64,000 nucleotides of DNA from Clostridia bacterium DTU065 (GTDB lineage Bacteria; Bacillota; DTU065): positions 22,242 to 86,241 of the forward strand of contig LFSI01000087.1 in assembly GCA_001512545.1 (NCBI GenBank). Direction: 5' to 3'. Position 1 is the stretch's first letter; the number at the start of each line of letters is the position of its first letter. Positions 55,757 through 64,000 of this stretch are shown here, one piece after another. Position numbers and translations under genes: made by a program. A model generated the notes under the pieces. It searched no databases. It worked only from the letters and a program-made list of their open reading frames with translations, and was not told where the DNA came from.

Positions 55757-55884
55757 AGACGTAGCACTGTTGTGCTTTCCCTCCCTCATAACCAAATCGC
55801 ATCAATAGATCTTAGTAAAATGCTCTGCAATCTTGGTCTGACCGCATAAGCCTGGCAGGATCCCTACCAGGCATCTCTTTATGA

Positions 55885-56121
55885 TCACTTGCGGCCTGCA
55901 ATTTGCTTTGCGTACTTCACGATTTCCCATTCATCTAAAAAAACTTTATCACCATCAACCAGCGCAGGGATGGTTTTTTGACCTGTAGCCTTAAAAAGAT
56001 CGTGGCGGTTTTTGGCTTCTCTGGCAACTTTTACATAGCGGTATTCAACTCGAAGCTGCCTCAGGTTGTCTTCTATCCAGAGGCACTTCGGACACCATGG
56101 AGCACAATACAAGGTTAGCAC
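55885..56121 (-). CDS. Glutaredoxin-like protein (CPKC active site)
   Basis: 78 aa. CxxC plus TIPAL...G pattern of the Grx/NrdH fold. Confidence 0.7.
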   Translation of the reverse strand: MLTLYCAPWCPKCLWIEDNLRQLRVEYRYVKVAREAKNRHDLFKATGQKTIPALVDGDKVFLDEWEIVKYAKQIAGRK

Positions 56122-56243
56122 AAAGTATTCCTCCCCGTCATGAGAATACTTTATGCAGCACGCTCCTAAGCTGCGCCAGCTTCAGTGTCCGACGGGACTT
56201 TCAGAAGGCAATTGAGTTGAAATGCCCGGAATCCTCTTTCAGG

Positions 56244-57167
56244 CTACAGCTCCCCAACAACCCGAACTTCAGGCTCCAACACCACATCGAACTTCTCCTT
56301 GATGGTGGCCTGAATGAACTTGATGAGGTCCAAGACGTCCTGACAAGTGGCTCCGCCCACGTTGACGATGAAACCTGCGTGCTTTGTAGATACTTCTGCT
56401 CCGCCAATCCTATATCCTTTTAGACCGGCTTTTTCTACCAGCGGTCCAACAAAGTTGTCCGGCGGTCTCTTGAAAACCGAACCAGCGCAGGGCATGTCAA
56501 CAGGCTGTTTGGAGGTCCTCCGTTCGGTTAGGTCCTCCATCTTTCTGGCGATCTCTTCTCTATCTCCCCTCTCCAGACTGAAGGTCGCTTCAAGGGCGAT
56601 AAGACGCTTTTCCATAAACACCGAATGCCTGTAGTCCAGATGCAAGTCCTGTTTGGTCAGCTGGATAATGTTACCTTCCATGTCCATGGCTTTGGCAGTA
56701 CTGATCACGTCTTTGATCTCTCCGCCGTAAGCTCCGGCATTCATTACCAGCGCTCCGCCCACATTTCCCGGAATCCCCACCGCAAACTCCAGGCCGGAAA
56801 GACCGGCACTGCCTGCGGTTTTAGATACGTCAGACAGCGCAGCACCTGCGCCGCAGGTTACCGTCGTGCCTTCAATAGAGATGTTGCTAAAACTTTTATC
56901 TATTTTGACAACTACTCCTCTAATACCTTTGTCGCTAACCAGAAGATTAGATCCGGCCCCGATCACCATAAGCGGAACAGTTACACCTGTTCGCGACTGT
57001 GTTTCGCCAATGAGCTGCAAAACCTTCTGCAGATCTTCTATAGACTTCGGCAGGACAAAGATATCACTCGGTCCGCCGATCTTGAATGTTGTGTGCTTTT
57101 CCATGGGCTCCTGCCACAGCACTTCGCCGTCTAAGGCGGCTTTCAGGGCATTGTGGAGTTCAAGCAT
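56244..57167 (-). CDS. murB: UDP-N-acetylenolpyruvoylglucosamine reductase
   Basis: FAD-binding domain and MurB C-terminal domain similarity (type II MurB, about 300 aa). Confidence 0.9.
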   Translation of the reverse strand: MLELHNALKAALDGEVLWQEPMEKHTTFKIGGPSDIFVLPKSIEDLQKVLQLIGETQSRTGVTVPLMVIGAGSNLLVSDKGIRGVVVKIDKSFSNISIEGTTVTCGAGAALSDVSKTAGSAGLSGLEFAVGIPGNVGGALVMNAGAYGGEIKDVISTAKAMDMEGNIIQLTKQDLHLDYRHSVFMEKRLIALEATFSLERGDREEIARKMEDLTERRTSKQPVDMPCAGSVFKRPPDNFVGPLVEKAGLKGYRIGGAEVSTKHAGFIVNVGGATCQDVLDLIKFIQATIKEKFDVVLEPEVRVVGEL

Positions 57168-57324
57168 TTTTTAGCCCCCTTGCTTCTTCATAAGCAGCAT
57201 ACTCTATGCACTCTAAGCAGAACTGATAAAAGTCAAGTCCAATGAACAGCTGTTTTAATGTGCAGTGATAACAGATTCTGCCATCTTTGTCCCTGACGCA
57301 GACTGCATAGCGGCAAACTTCCAT
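57160..57324 (-). CDS. Small Cys-rich protein (54 aa; CX4C, CX2C, CX2C), zinc-ribbon-like, hypothetical
   Basis: Strong RBS AAGGAAGGAGA 10 nt before the ATG at 57324. 8-nt overlap with the murB start, consistent with translational coupling. Confidence 0.5.
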   Translation of the reverse strand: MEVCRYAVCVRDKDGRICYHCTLKQLFIGLDFYQFCLECIEYAAYEEARGLKNA

Positions 57325-57498
57325 TTTATTGAATTCTCCTTCCTTATGTTTAATCCTACTTCCACCTGTAAATAGGTGGTTGTAATTAGGAAGTCTTTTA
57401 CTTATTGTGCCCCTAATTCCAGGTTGGATTAAGGGATCTGGCGGGATTTGCATAGACCATTTGCTGCGTATAGAATAATAGTAAATGCGTGCGAAAAT

Positions 57499-57511
57499 AT
57501 GCTACAATCTT
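57499..57511 (+). promoter_or_regulatory. Extended -10 promoter (TGcTACAAT) for the glycosyltransferase operon
   Basis: TGn-TACAAT at 57500-57508, about 20 nt upstream of the GT4 start. Confidence 0.45.
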
Positions 57512-57529
57512 ATCAAATGGGGTGATCTC

Positions 57530-58642
57530 TTGCTAATTGCCCAAGTCTGCTATTTAGCGCCTCCTGCTGTTGGCGGTGTGGAAAAGCACGTCTTAGAGCT
57601 CAGCCGATCCCTGATCAAAGCCGGGCACCAAGTGGAAATACACACCTCCTCTTTCTACGACCTCAAAGGTTCGAGAAAAGTAGGCCAAACAAACGATGAG
57701 ATCCCTACTTATCGCTACGCAAGTCGGTTTGTCAAAAAGACTACGGTTTTTTCACAGCCCATTCACTTCCCAGGCCTTTTCTGGGGACTGGTGCGGCGGA
57801 AGCCTGATGTGGTGCACGTGCACTCTATGGCATCTTTGCACCTTGAACTGAGCTACCTTTACGCAAGGCTTTTCCGCAAGCGCTTGGTGGTCACCGGTCA
57901 CTACAGTGCAGCGGATCTAAACCGGCTGTATACCAAGAGGAAAAACGGCAAAAAACCCCTACGGCTGCAGTACTGGGAAACTAGAATGAAAAAAATCATG
58001 GACTATGCAACGCTCATTGCCATTACCGAAGAAGAAGCCGACGCTTACAGAACGCTTTTCGGTTTCCAAAACATCGCTGTGATACCAAACGGCATTAGGC
58101 TTGCAGAGTTTACCCCAAAAGAGCATAAAGAGAACTTTATTATCTTTATCGGTCGTATTGTTCCTGAAAAAAGACTGGAGTTTCTTCTCGAAGCCCATAA
58201 AAAGCTGGAGCACCCCCTGCCGTTGATTGTTGCAGGTTATGCTCCAGACAGTGCATATTTGGATAAGTTAAAATCCCTTGCAGGAAGCGGAGTCAGCTTT
58301 ATCAATCCTCCAAGACAGCAGTTGGTCGAACTCCTGGGAAAAGCTAAAGCCTTGGTTCTGCCTAGCAAAAACGAGGCCTTCGGCATCGTCCTTTTAGAAG
58401 CTATGGCTTCAAATGCGCTGGTTCTTGCTAGCAACTCAGGAGGTTTCCCTACAGTCGTTGGCGATGCAGGCCTGCTTTTTAATCCGGACGATCCCGCGGA
58501 CCTTGCAGACAAGATTTCCCTCCTTAAAGACGATCAGCTCTGCCAGAGTCTCCGCGAGAAGGGTCTTGCCAGAGTGCAAAACTACGACTGGGATCTTCTG
58601 GTCGAGAAGGTTCTGGAGGTGTATTCCCATCCAAAATCGTGA
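57530..58642 (+). CDS. Glycosyltransferase family 4
   Basis: Reads LAPPAVGGVEKHV...EAFGIVLLEAMASN. The start is reassigned to TTG at 57530, because the ORF-track ATG at 57485 lies inside the promoter. Confidence 0.8.
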   Translation: MLIAQVCYLAPPAVGGVEKHVLELSRSLIKAGHQVEIHTSSFYDLKGSRKVGQTNDEIPTYRYASRFVKKTTVFSQPIHFPGLFWGLVRRKPDVVHVHSMASLHLELSYLYARLFRKRLVVTGHYSAADLNRLYTKRKNGKKPLRLQYWETRMKKIMDYATLIAITEEEADAYRTLFGFQNIAVIPNGIRLAEFTPKEHKENFIIFIGRIVPEKRLEFLLEAHKKLEHPLPLIVAGYAPDSAYLDKLKSLAGSGVSFINPPRQQLVELLGKAKALVLPSKNEAFGIVLLEAMASNALVLASNSGGFPTVVGDAGLLFNPDDPADLADKISLLKDDQLCQSLREKGLARVQNYDWDLLVEKVLEVYSHPKS

Positions 58643-59534
58643 AATCAGCGTCATCTGCACGGTATATAACGAAGAAGAGAATATCAACGCACTGGTTGAA
58701 AGCCTGCTTTCCCAGTCGCTAAAGCCAAAAGAGATCATCATCACAGACGGCGGTTCCACCGACGGGACCTTGGAGATCCTAAAAGACCTAGAAGAAAAGC
58801 ACCACACTCTCAAGGTCTACAGCGTCCCGGGAAATCGCGCTAAAGGCAGGAACGCAGCCATAGCCAAATCTACAGCAGAATACATAGCGGTGACCGATGC
58901 AGGATGCGTAGCAGATCCCTTTTGGTTGGAAAAGATCTCCGAACCGCTTTTTGCAGGTGCCGAAGTGGCCTCGGGCTTTTACGAACCAGTAGTCCAAAAC
59001 CCCCTGGAAAAAGCGGTGGCCAAAATGACCATACCCAGCCTGAAAACGGTAAATCCAGACACCTTCCTCCCGTCCAGCAGGTCTGTAGCCTTTAGCAAGA
59101 AAGCCTGGGAAACCGTAGATGGGTATCCTGAAGAGTTTTCCCACAACGAAGATACTCCTTTTGATCTCCGCTTGAAGAGCCAGGGTTATACATTTGTGTT
59201 CGTGCCCGATGCGCTGGTCTACTGGAAGCCCAGATCTAGTTTTAGAGAGGTTTGGCGGCAGTTTCACCAGTACGCTTACGGAGATGGCGAAGCTCTGATT
59301 CAGATCCGGGATTATCTGTTGATCTTCCTTAGATACATCCCGCTTTTCTTCTTCCCCTACGGAACTTTTCTAGCTGTCCTGTTGTGGTTTTTGCGTCTGG
59401 CCAAAGACTTCAGCAAGTGTCTGAGTATTTACACCCTCCCATTGCGGTTCACCATAGATTTTGCGGACATGATCGGATTTATTAAAGGTTTGAAAGTAGC
59501 GTGGACTAAGTGGAGAAAAAGCAAATCCTCATAA
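58641..59534 (+). CDS. Glycosyltransferase family 2 (GT-A, with C-terminal TM helices). Start codon unresolved
   Basis: The GT2 core begins EISVICTVYNEEENI...ITDGGSTD at 58641, in the frame one position off from the upstream GT4. There is no ATG/GTG/TTG in frame between the upstream stop and the conserved N-terminus. Only ATT/ATC codons are available. Confidence 0.65.
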   Translation, partial: EISVICTVYNEEENINALVESLLSQSLKPKEIIITDGGSTDGTLEILKDLEEKHHTLKVYSVPGNRAKGRNAAIAKSTAEYIAVTDAGCVADPFWLEKISEPLFAGAEVASGFYEPVVQNPLEKAVAKMTIPSLKTVNPDTFLPSSRSVAFSKKAWETVDGYPEEFSHNEDTPFDLRLKSQGYTFVFVPDALVYWKPRSSFREVWRQFHQYAYGDGEALIQIRDYLLIFLRYIPLFFFPYGTFLAVLLWFLRLAKDFSKCLSIYTLPLRFTIDFADMIGFIKGLKVAWTKWRKSKSS

Positions 59535-60685
59535 CCACAATTGGAAAATTCCCCCATGTTGGCGGAAAGTCGGTCCACATTGAAACTCTAACCAGATCGC
59601 TGCCTAAGGCATCAAATGGGAAGTTTAGCCCTAAAGTGCTCTCCTTTTCCGATCTCGGGCCTTTCGTGCAGACCTTTTGCTCTCTGCCCAGAGTCTTTAA
59701 GGATATTCCGCTGGATTTTGTCCTAAGAAGGTACTTTCTCAAAAAGCATTTGGGTAAAGAGATTCTGTCGCAGGTGCCGCTCTTTCTAGTGCAGGAAAGC
59801 TCGTCTTTCCAGCTTGCAGAGTATGCAGGAAAGCCGTTTATTCTAACTGTTCACGGTTCAAGCTGTGACGAGTATGCAAGCAGTAAGGCCATACCTTTTG
59901 GCGGTAGAAGCTACAAAAAGCTCCTCCAAGAAGAGATCGAAGCGGCCAAGCGAGCTGCCTTTGTGATCACCGTCGATACCAATCTCAAGAATCAAATTCT
60001 CGAGCGTTCTCATATAGATGGTAGTAAAGTCACGGTACTGCCTAACACCGTTGACACTGACGTTTTCTCTCCAGAAATGAACAAAAAAGCACAAAAAGAA
60101 GCCTTGGGTCTAAACCCAAGCGATTTTGTTACGGTAGTTGTTCGCAGGCTAGTACCGAAAAACGGCGTACAGTTCGCCATTTTGGCTCTGGCAAAACTCC
60201 AGCAGAAAAACGTCAAGCTGGTTGTGGCAGGCGACGGCCCGGAAAGAAAGTCCTTAGAAGAGCTGGTAGCTCAGCTTCATCTAGAAGATCAAGTAGTTTT
60301 CCTCGGCGCCATTCAACACCACAGAACTCCGGAGCTCCTCAGGTGTGCAGATCTCTGCCTCATTCCTTCGGTTCCCGACCAAAATGTCGTGGAAGCCACT
60401 TCTATCTCTGCCCTCGAAGCCATGGCGACGGCACTTCCAGTTGTTGCCAGCGGCATCGGAGGGTTGAAAGAGCTTCTAGAAGGAGGTGCGGGAGTCCTCG
60501 TTCCACCTGCAGACCCCGAAGCACTGGCAGCTGCTTGGAAAAACATAATCGACAACCCCGTCTTTGGGGAATCTTTAGGTGTAAAAGCCAGAGCGAAGGT
60601 TTTACAGGAGTATTCTTTGGATAAATGGATAGGTACGTATATCGATCTTATAGAAAGAACAATCGAAGCAAGTACAGGAAGGTAG
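59510..60685 (+). CDS. Glycosyltransferase family 4
   Basis: N-terminal ILITTIGKFPHVGGKSVHIETL. C-terminal EATSISALEAMATALPVVAS. GTG start overlapping the upstream gene by 25 nt. Confidence 0.8.
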   Translation: MEKKQILITTIGKFPHVGGKSVHIETLTRSLPKASNGKFSPKVLSFSDLGPFVQTFCSLPRVFKDIPLDFVLRRYFLKKHLGKEILSQVPLFLVQESSSFQLAEYAGKPFILTVHGSSCDEYASSKAIPFGGRSYKKLLQEEIEAAKRAAFVITVDTNLKNQILERSHIDGSKVTVLPNTVDTDVFSPEMNKKAQKEALGLNPSDFVTVVVRRLVPKNGVQFAILALAKLQQKNVKLVVAGDGPERKSLEELVAQLHLEDQVVFLGAIQHHRTPELLRCADLCLIPSVPDQNVVEATSISALEAMATALPVVASGIGGLKELLEGGAGVLVPPADPEALAAAWKNIIDNPVFGESLGVKARAKVLQEYSLDKWIGTYIDLIERTIEASTGR

Positions 60686-60695
60686 GGATAGATGA

Positions 60696-61802
60696 ATGCA
60701 GCTCTTGATTTGGCTTTTGCTTTTTTTCGCTGTGTATCCCTATGCCTTCTATCCGCTGATTTTGAAGCTGATTTCGTTGCTGAGGGCCTCCTGCGTTCCG
60801 AAAGACCTCTACTCAGAAGAAAATTTGCCTAAAGCAACACTTCTTATCACCGCTTACAACGAAGAAGAGTTTCTTGAAGCAAAGATCCAGAACTCACTGA
60901 AGCTCGACTATCCCGATCTGGAGATCGTTGTCGTCTCCGACGGCTCTACTGATAGAACCAATGAGATTCTGGCGTCATTCCCAGAGGTAAAATCGGTAAT
61001 TCTCCCTAAGCGTAGCGGCAAGCCAACAGCTCTTAAGGCAGGTCTAGAGGTTGCCGGAGGCGAGATCATCTGCCTTTCCGATGTATCGGCACTCTATGAA
61101 GAAAACTGCTTGAAGCTTCTTGTTGCACCGCTTCTTTCCCCGGAGGTTGGGGCTACAGGTGGCGTTCTTTCCTTCAGAAAGCATAATGCAGCCACTCCTG
61201 GCGAGGTAACCTACAGCAGTTATGAGAGTAAGCTTCGAGCATTGGAAACTGAAGCTCTGGGCACCATTGTGCTGCCCGGCACGTTCTACGCCGTACGGCG
61301 CAGGGACATGGTACTCCCTCCGGAAGACATCATTGCCGACGACTTTTACGTCACCTGCAGCCTTCTGGAAAGAGGGCTTAAGTTGATCCAAGTGGACAAA
61401 GCCATGGCTTTCGAACAGGCAAGCCACGACACATCGGGAGAGTTTATCCGCAAGTCCAGAATCATTGCCGGCGGTATGCAGACTCTAGCCCGTTTTCCGA
61501 AACTGCTTTTTGGCAAATGGGGCTTCTTTTTAGTTTCCCACAAGGTCTTGCGGTGGGGTGCTGCTCTTTTCGGGGGCATGCACTACCTCCTTTTGGCCTT
61601 CTCCGGTCTCTGCCCTTGGCTCTTTGCCGCAGAGAGCGTACTTTTGCTTTTGGGAATCATTAGTACTTTCTTGGATTTGGCAGGAGTTAAGACGCCCAAA
61701 ATCATGGCGCTTCTCAGGCACTTTGTCGTTGTAAACGCAGCAGTGTATTGGGGTATCATTGGACTATTTAGTGGGAGGCAGACGGTAAAATGGCAACGGT
61801 AA
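60696..61802 (+). CDS. Membrane glycosyltransferase family 2 (N- and C-terminal TM segments flanking the GT-A domain)
   Basis: Reads LLITAYNEEEFL...VVSDGSTD... Confidence 0.8.
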   Translation: MQLLIWLLLFFAVYPYAFYPLILKLISLLRASCVPKDLYSEENLPKATLLITAYNEEEFLEAKIQNSLKLDYPDLEIVVVSDGSTDRTNEILASFPEVKSVILPKRSGKPTALKAGLEVAGGEIICLSDVSALYEENCLKLLVAPLLSPEVGATGGVLSFRKHNAATPGEVTYSSYESKLRALETEALGTIVLPGTFYAVRRRDMVLPPEDIIADDFYVTCSLLERGLKLIQVDKAMAFEQASHDTSGEFIRKSRIIAGGMQTLARFPKLLFGKWGFFLVSHKVLRWGAALFGGMHYLLLAFSGLCPWLFAAESVLLLLGIISTFLDLAGVKTPKIMALLRHFVVVNAAVYWGIIGLFSGRQTVKWQR

Positions 61803-62563
61803 TCGGACTCATACTGCTTTTCCTCTTGTTCATTGTTTGGGGATTTGTTACGGCTAATTCTCTAAGGTACAAAATGATCACCATCCGCGCCGAAGGCTGG
61901 CCGGAAAAGTCCACCCGCATCCTCTTTATGTCCGACCTGCATACTTCGGGCAGAGGTTTTCGAATAAAACGCACGATCAAGCTGGCCAAGGAAGCTCCCT
62001 GCGATATTGTCTGCATCACAGGCGACATCATCGTGCGGCGGGTGCGGCAAGAAGAGCGGGTTGTGCAGGCTTTAAAAGAGATTGCAAATGGCAGACCGAC
62101 GTTTCTGGTTTGGGGTAACAACGACTACAACCCGGAAATCGATAGGGCAAAGCTCTACGAAGAGCTGCAAAAGGCCAACATCAATGTGCTGGTAAACGAG
62201 CGGGTTAAGGTTGGCAACCTAACCATCGGTGGCTTGGGCGACCCCTTTTGGGGAAAAGACGATATTGAAAAAACCCTTGCTGAAGATGTGGATCTCCTGC
62301 TGTCCCATACGCCTTCGCCCATCTTTGAAGTGAAAAAGCGGGCTAAGTTGATGCTGGCAGGTCACACCCACGCAGGCCAGTTCTGCAGTATTGACGGCAC
62401 GCCTCTAATGCCCGAGCTGCGGAAGAAAGAAGCTTTTGCCTACGGTCTCTCCTACCATAACGGCACCCACATCTACACCACATCGGGCATCGGCACCACC
62501 AGACTCCCCCTCCGGTTCTTCTGCCATCCCGAACTGGTGCTCTTGGAGGTCAGGCCTAAATGA
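61790..62563 (+). CDS. Membrane-anchored metallophosphoesterase (calcineurin-like)
   Basis: N-terminal TM. Motifs SDLH, GDI, GNND, GHTH. Confidence 0.8.
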   Translation: MATVIGLILLFLLFIVWGFVTANSLRYKMITIRAEGWPEKSTRILFMSDLHTSGRGFRIKRTIKLAKEAPCDIVCITGDIIVRRVRQEERVVQALKEIANGRPTFLVWGNNDYNPEIDRAKLYEELQKANINVLVNERVKVGNLTIGGLGDPFWGKDDIEKTLAEDVDLLLSHTPSPIFEVKKRAKLMLAGHTHAGQFCSIDGTPLMPELRKKEAFAYGLSYHNGTHIYTTSGIGTTRLPLRFFCHPELVLLEVRPK

Positions 62564-63054
62564 CAAAGAAGACTACTCTATACATTCTTTGCGGTCTGCC
62601 TGCAGCAGGAAAGAGCACTTTATGCCAGCTTCGCCAGGGCCGGGTGATTACCGCAGACATTATCAGAAAGGGCATTGTGGGGAGTCTCGGCGACTCTGAT
62701 CACGATGAGTTCGTCTGGGAGACCGCTCTAAATGCTGCCGAGTACTTCCTCCAATTTGGCGACGTTTACTACGATGCAACAAACTCCACAAGAGCGCGGA
62801 GAAAGCCGTTTGTGGACAAGGCTAAGGAGCTTGGGAAAGATGTTGTGTGCGTGTGGGTTGCAACTCCCCTTGAGGTTTGCATCAAGCAGAACCAAAGAAG
62901 GGCGAAGTCCAATCCCGACTCACCTCCAGACTGGGTCATAGAGAAGGTCGCGGGAGTCTTCGAACCTCCCACACTGGACGAAGGGTTTGCCAAGATCGAA
63001 AAATGGCTGCCTGCGCCCTCAGGGATGCGGGCTCAGTTCATCTACAAAACATAA
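62560..63054 (+). CDS. P-loop kinase (AAA_33/zeta-toxin-like small-molecule or polynucleotide kinase family)
   Basis: Walker A GLPAAGKST, 164 aa. ATGA overlap with the metallophosphoesterase. Confidence 0.65.
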   Translation: MTKKTTLYILCGLPAAGKSTLCQLRQGRVITADIIRKGIVGSLGDSDHDEFVWETALNAAEYFLQFGDVYYDATNSTRARRKPFVDKAKELGKDVVCVWVATPLEVCIKQNQRRAKSNPDSPPDWVIEKVAGVFEPPTLDEGFAKIEKWLPAPSGMRAQFIYKT

Positions 63055-63057
63055 ACA

Positions 63058-63095
63058 GGGTGCAGCTGGAAACGATCGTGGGCTGCACCCTGTTT
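63058..63095. terminator. Bidirectional terminator
   Basis: gggtgcagc...gctgcaccc followed by tgtttgttttc. Confidence 0.6.
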
Positions 63096-63148
63096 GTTTT
63101 CTGCTTGAACCCTGTTTTTCTGGCTTGCCATAAACTCTGCACATCAGA

Positions 63149-64000
63149 TCAGGCAAAGCCTGGATAGCTTCTGCGGACCTCTTCTAGAACCTTGCCCATG
63201 TCCTTTTCAGCGTCTTTGTGCATGACAAAAACGATACCGTCTTTTACCACAACCACCGTGTCTTGTACTCCCGACAGCACCACCAAATCGCCTTCGGAGT
63301 ACACCAGACTGCTGTCTGAGTTGAACTTAACAAAGCTCCCTTTCTCCCCTGCGTACTTCAGGTAGTTTTTCCACGTGCCGATGTCTTCCCAAAGAACTTT
63401 CATCGGATATGCAAAAAGCCGGTCCGTCTTTTCCATGACTCCCTTATCTATAGATATCGGTCTGAGTCTGGCAAATGCCGCCACATCTCGAGCCCTAGCG
63501 GCGGCAAAGTGGCTTGGAAGAAACCTTCCAATTTCCAGAAGTAGTTTCCGCGCTGGTGCCGCGTAGATCCCGCTGTTTACCAGATACCCTGCTTCTATAT
63601 ACTCTTCAGGACGGGTAGGTTTCTCTGCAAAGTCCACCACTTTGCCCAGTTCCAAGCCTTCCTCCATCTTGATGTAACCGTACTGCTTTGAGGCTTCTTC
63701 CTTGGATTGCTTGATACCGAGAGCCGTAATAGTTCCTGCTCTTTTTGCTTTTTCCAAAGCCGCTGTGACCTGTTCCCAAGGAGAAATCAGGTGATCCACA
63801 GGGAAAATCCCCACGAAAGCCTCTTTATCAGTATGCAGTATCTGTGCCAGACCCCAGGCAATAGCTGCAGCTGTGTTTTTTCTAAACGGCTCTTTGATTA
63901 GCCGGCACCCATAAGTTTCGATGCTTCTGGAAGAAACCACCCAGATGCGCTGTCTCGGAACCCACTGGGAGACCCGGGATATGGTTAGTTCCAGCATCGT
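63149..64000 (-). CDS. Mannose-1-phosphate guanylyltransferase (GDP-mannose pyrophosphorylase), N-terminally truncated by the window edge
   Basis: The C-terminal two thirds of NDP-sugar pyrophosphorylase plus the left-handed helix or cupin-like tail. The start lies beyond position 64000. Confidence 0.7.
   Translation of the reverse strand, partial: TMLELTISRVSQWVPRQRIWVVSSRSIETYGCRLIKEPFRKNTAAAIAWGLAQILHTDKEAFVGIFPVDHLISPWEQVTAALEKAKRAGTITALGIKQSKEEASKQYGYIKMEEGLELGKVVDFAEKPTRPEEYIEAGYLVNSGIYAAPARKLLLEIGRFLPSHFAAARARDVAAFARLRPISIDKGVMEKTDRLFAYPMKVLWEDIGTWKNYLKYAGEKGSFVKFNSDSSLVYSEGDLVVLSGVQDTVVVVKDGIVFVMHKDAEKDMGKVLEEVRRSYPGFA

Noticed and set aside
57485-57529. ORF-track ATG start for the first GT4 (57485)
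   Set aside because: It would translate through the TGcTACAAT promoter element. GT4 N-terminal conservation begins at LAPPAVGG, right after TTG 57530.
58413-58640. ORF-track start (58413) for the GT2, giving a 76-codon overlap with GT4
   Set aside because: The overlap region has no GT2 similarity. See the finding on the missing start or frameshift instead.
1-64000. CRISPR arrays, IS elements, integrases, tRNA and rRNA genes
   Set aside because: Scanning by eye found no repeat-spacer periodicity, no transposase- or integrase-like ORFs, and no tRNA-like cloverleaf candidates in intergenic regions. All large ORFs are accounted for by chromosomal functions.

Overview
This is a 64 kb chromosomal segment, about 50% GC and densely coding on both strands, with roughly 70 genes. 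No rRNA, tRNA, CRISPR array, transposase or integrase was found by eye. The gene content resembles Firmicutes/Clostridia-type housekeeping and envelope functions: nagB-namZ-amiE-like peptidoglycan recycling, trpB, an L,D-transpeptidase, helD, serC-serA, clpP, metQ, tex, mreB, murB, two heterodimeric ABC exporter genes with a MarR regulator, and a glpA-like oxidoreductase triad. There are also clear diderm-type envelope signatures: a TolC-TolC-HlyD-MacB tripartite efflux operon, three paralogous small beta-rich secreted proteins ending in aromatic-X-Trp, and a large protein with five PEGA repeats plus a C-terminal beta-barrel-like domain ending in Phe. The phylum cannot be fixed from sequence alone. 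Three cis-regulatory RNAs can be read directly from the sequence: a SAM-I riboswitch with its terminator upstream of an orphan metQ, a T-box leader with an intrinsic terminator upstream of serC-serA, and a possible TRAP-like (G/U)AG repeat array upstream of trpB. The most interesting unexplained material falls into three groups. First is the outer-envelope protein set: the small OMP-like paralog family with shared leader motifs and the PEGA beta-barrel protein. Second is a six-gene, translationally coupled glycan-biosynthesis operon whose GT4-to-GT2 junction has no usable start codon and sits on an A4 tract. Third are two uncharacterised items: a large polytopic membrane protein coupled to a GT4, and a tiny Cys-rich protein coupled to murB. 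All coordinates for RNA elements and adjusted starts are approximate to within a few nucleotides.
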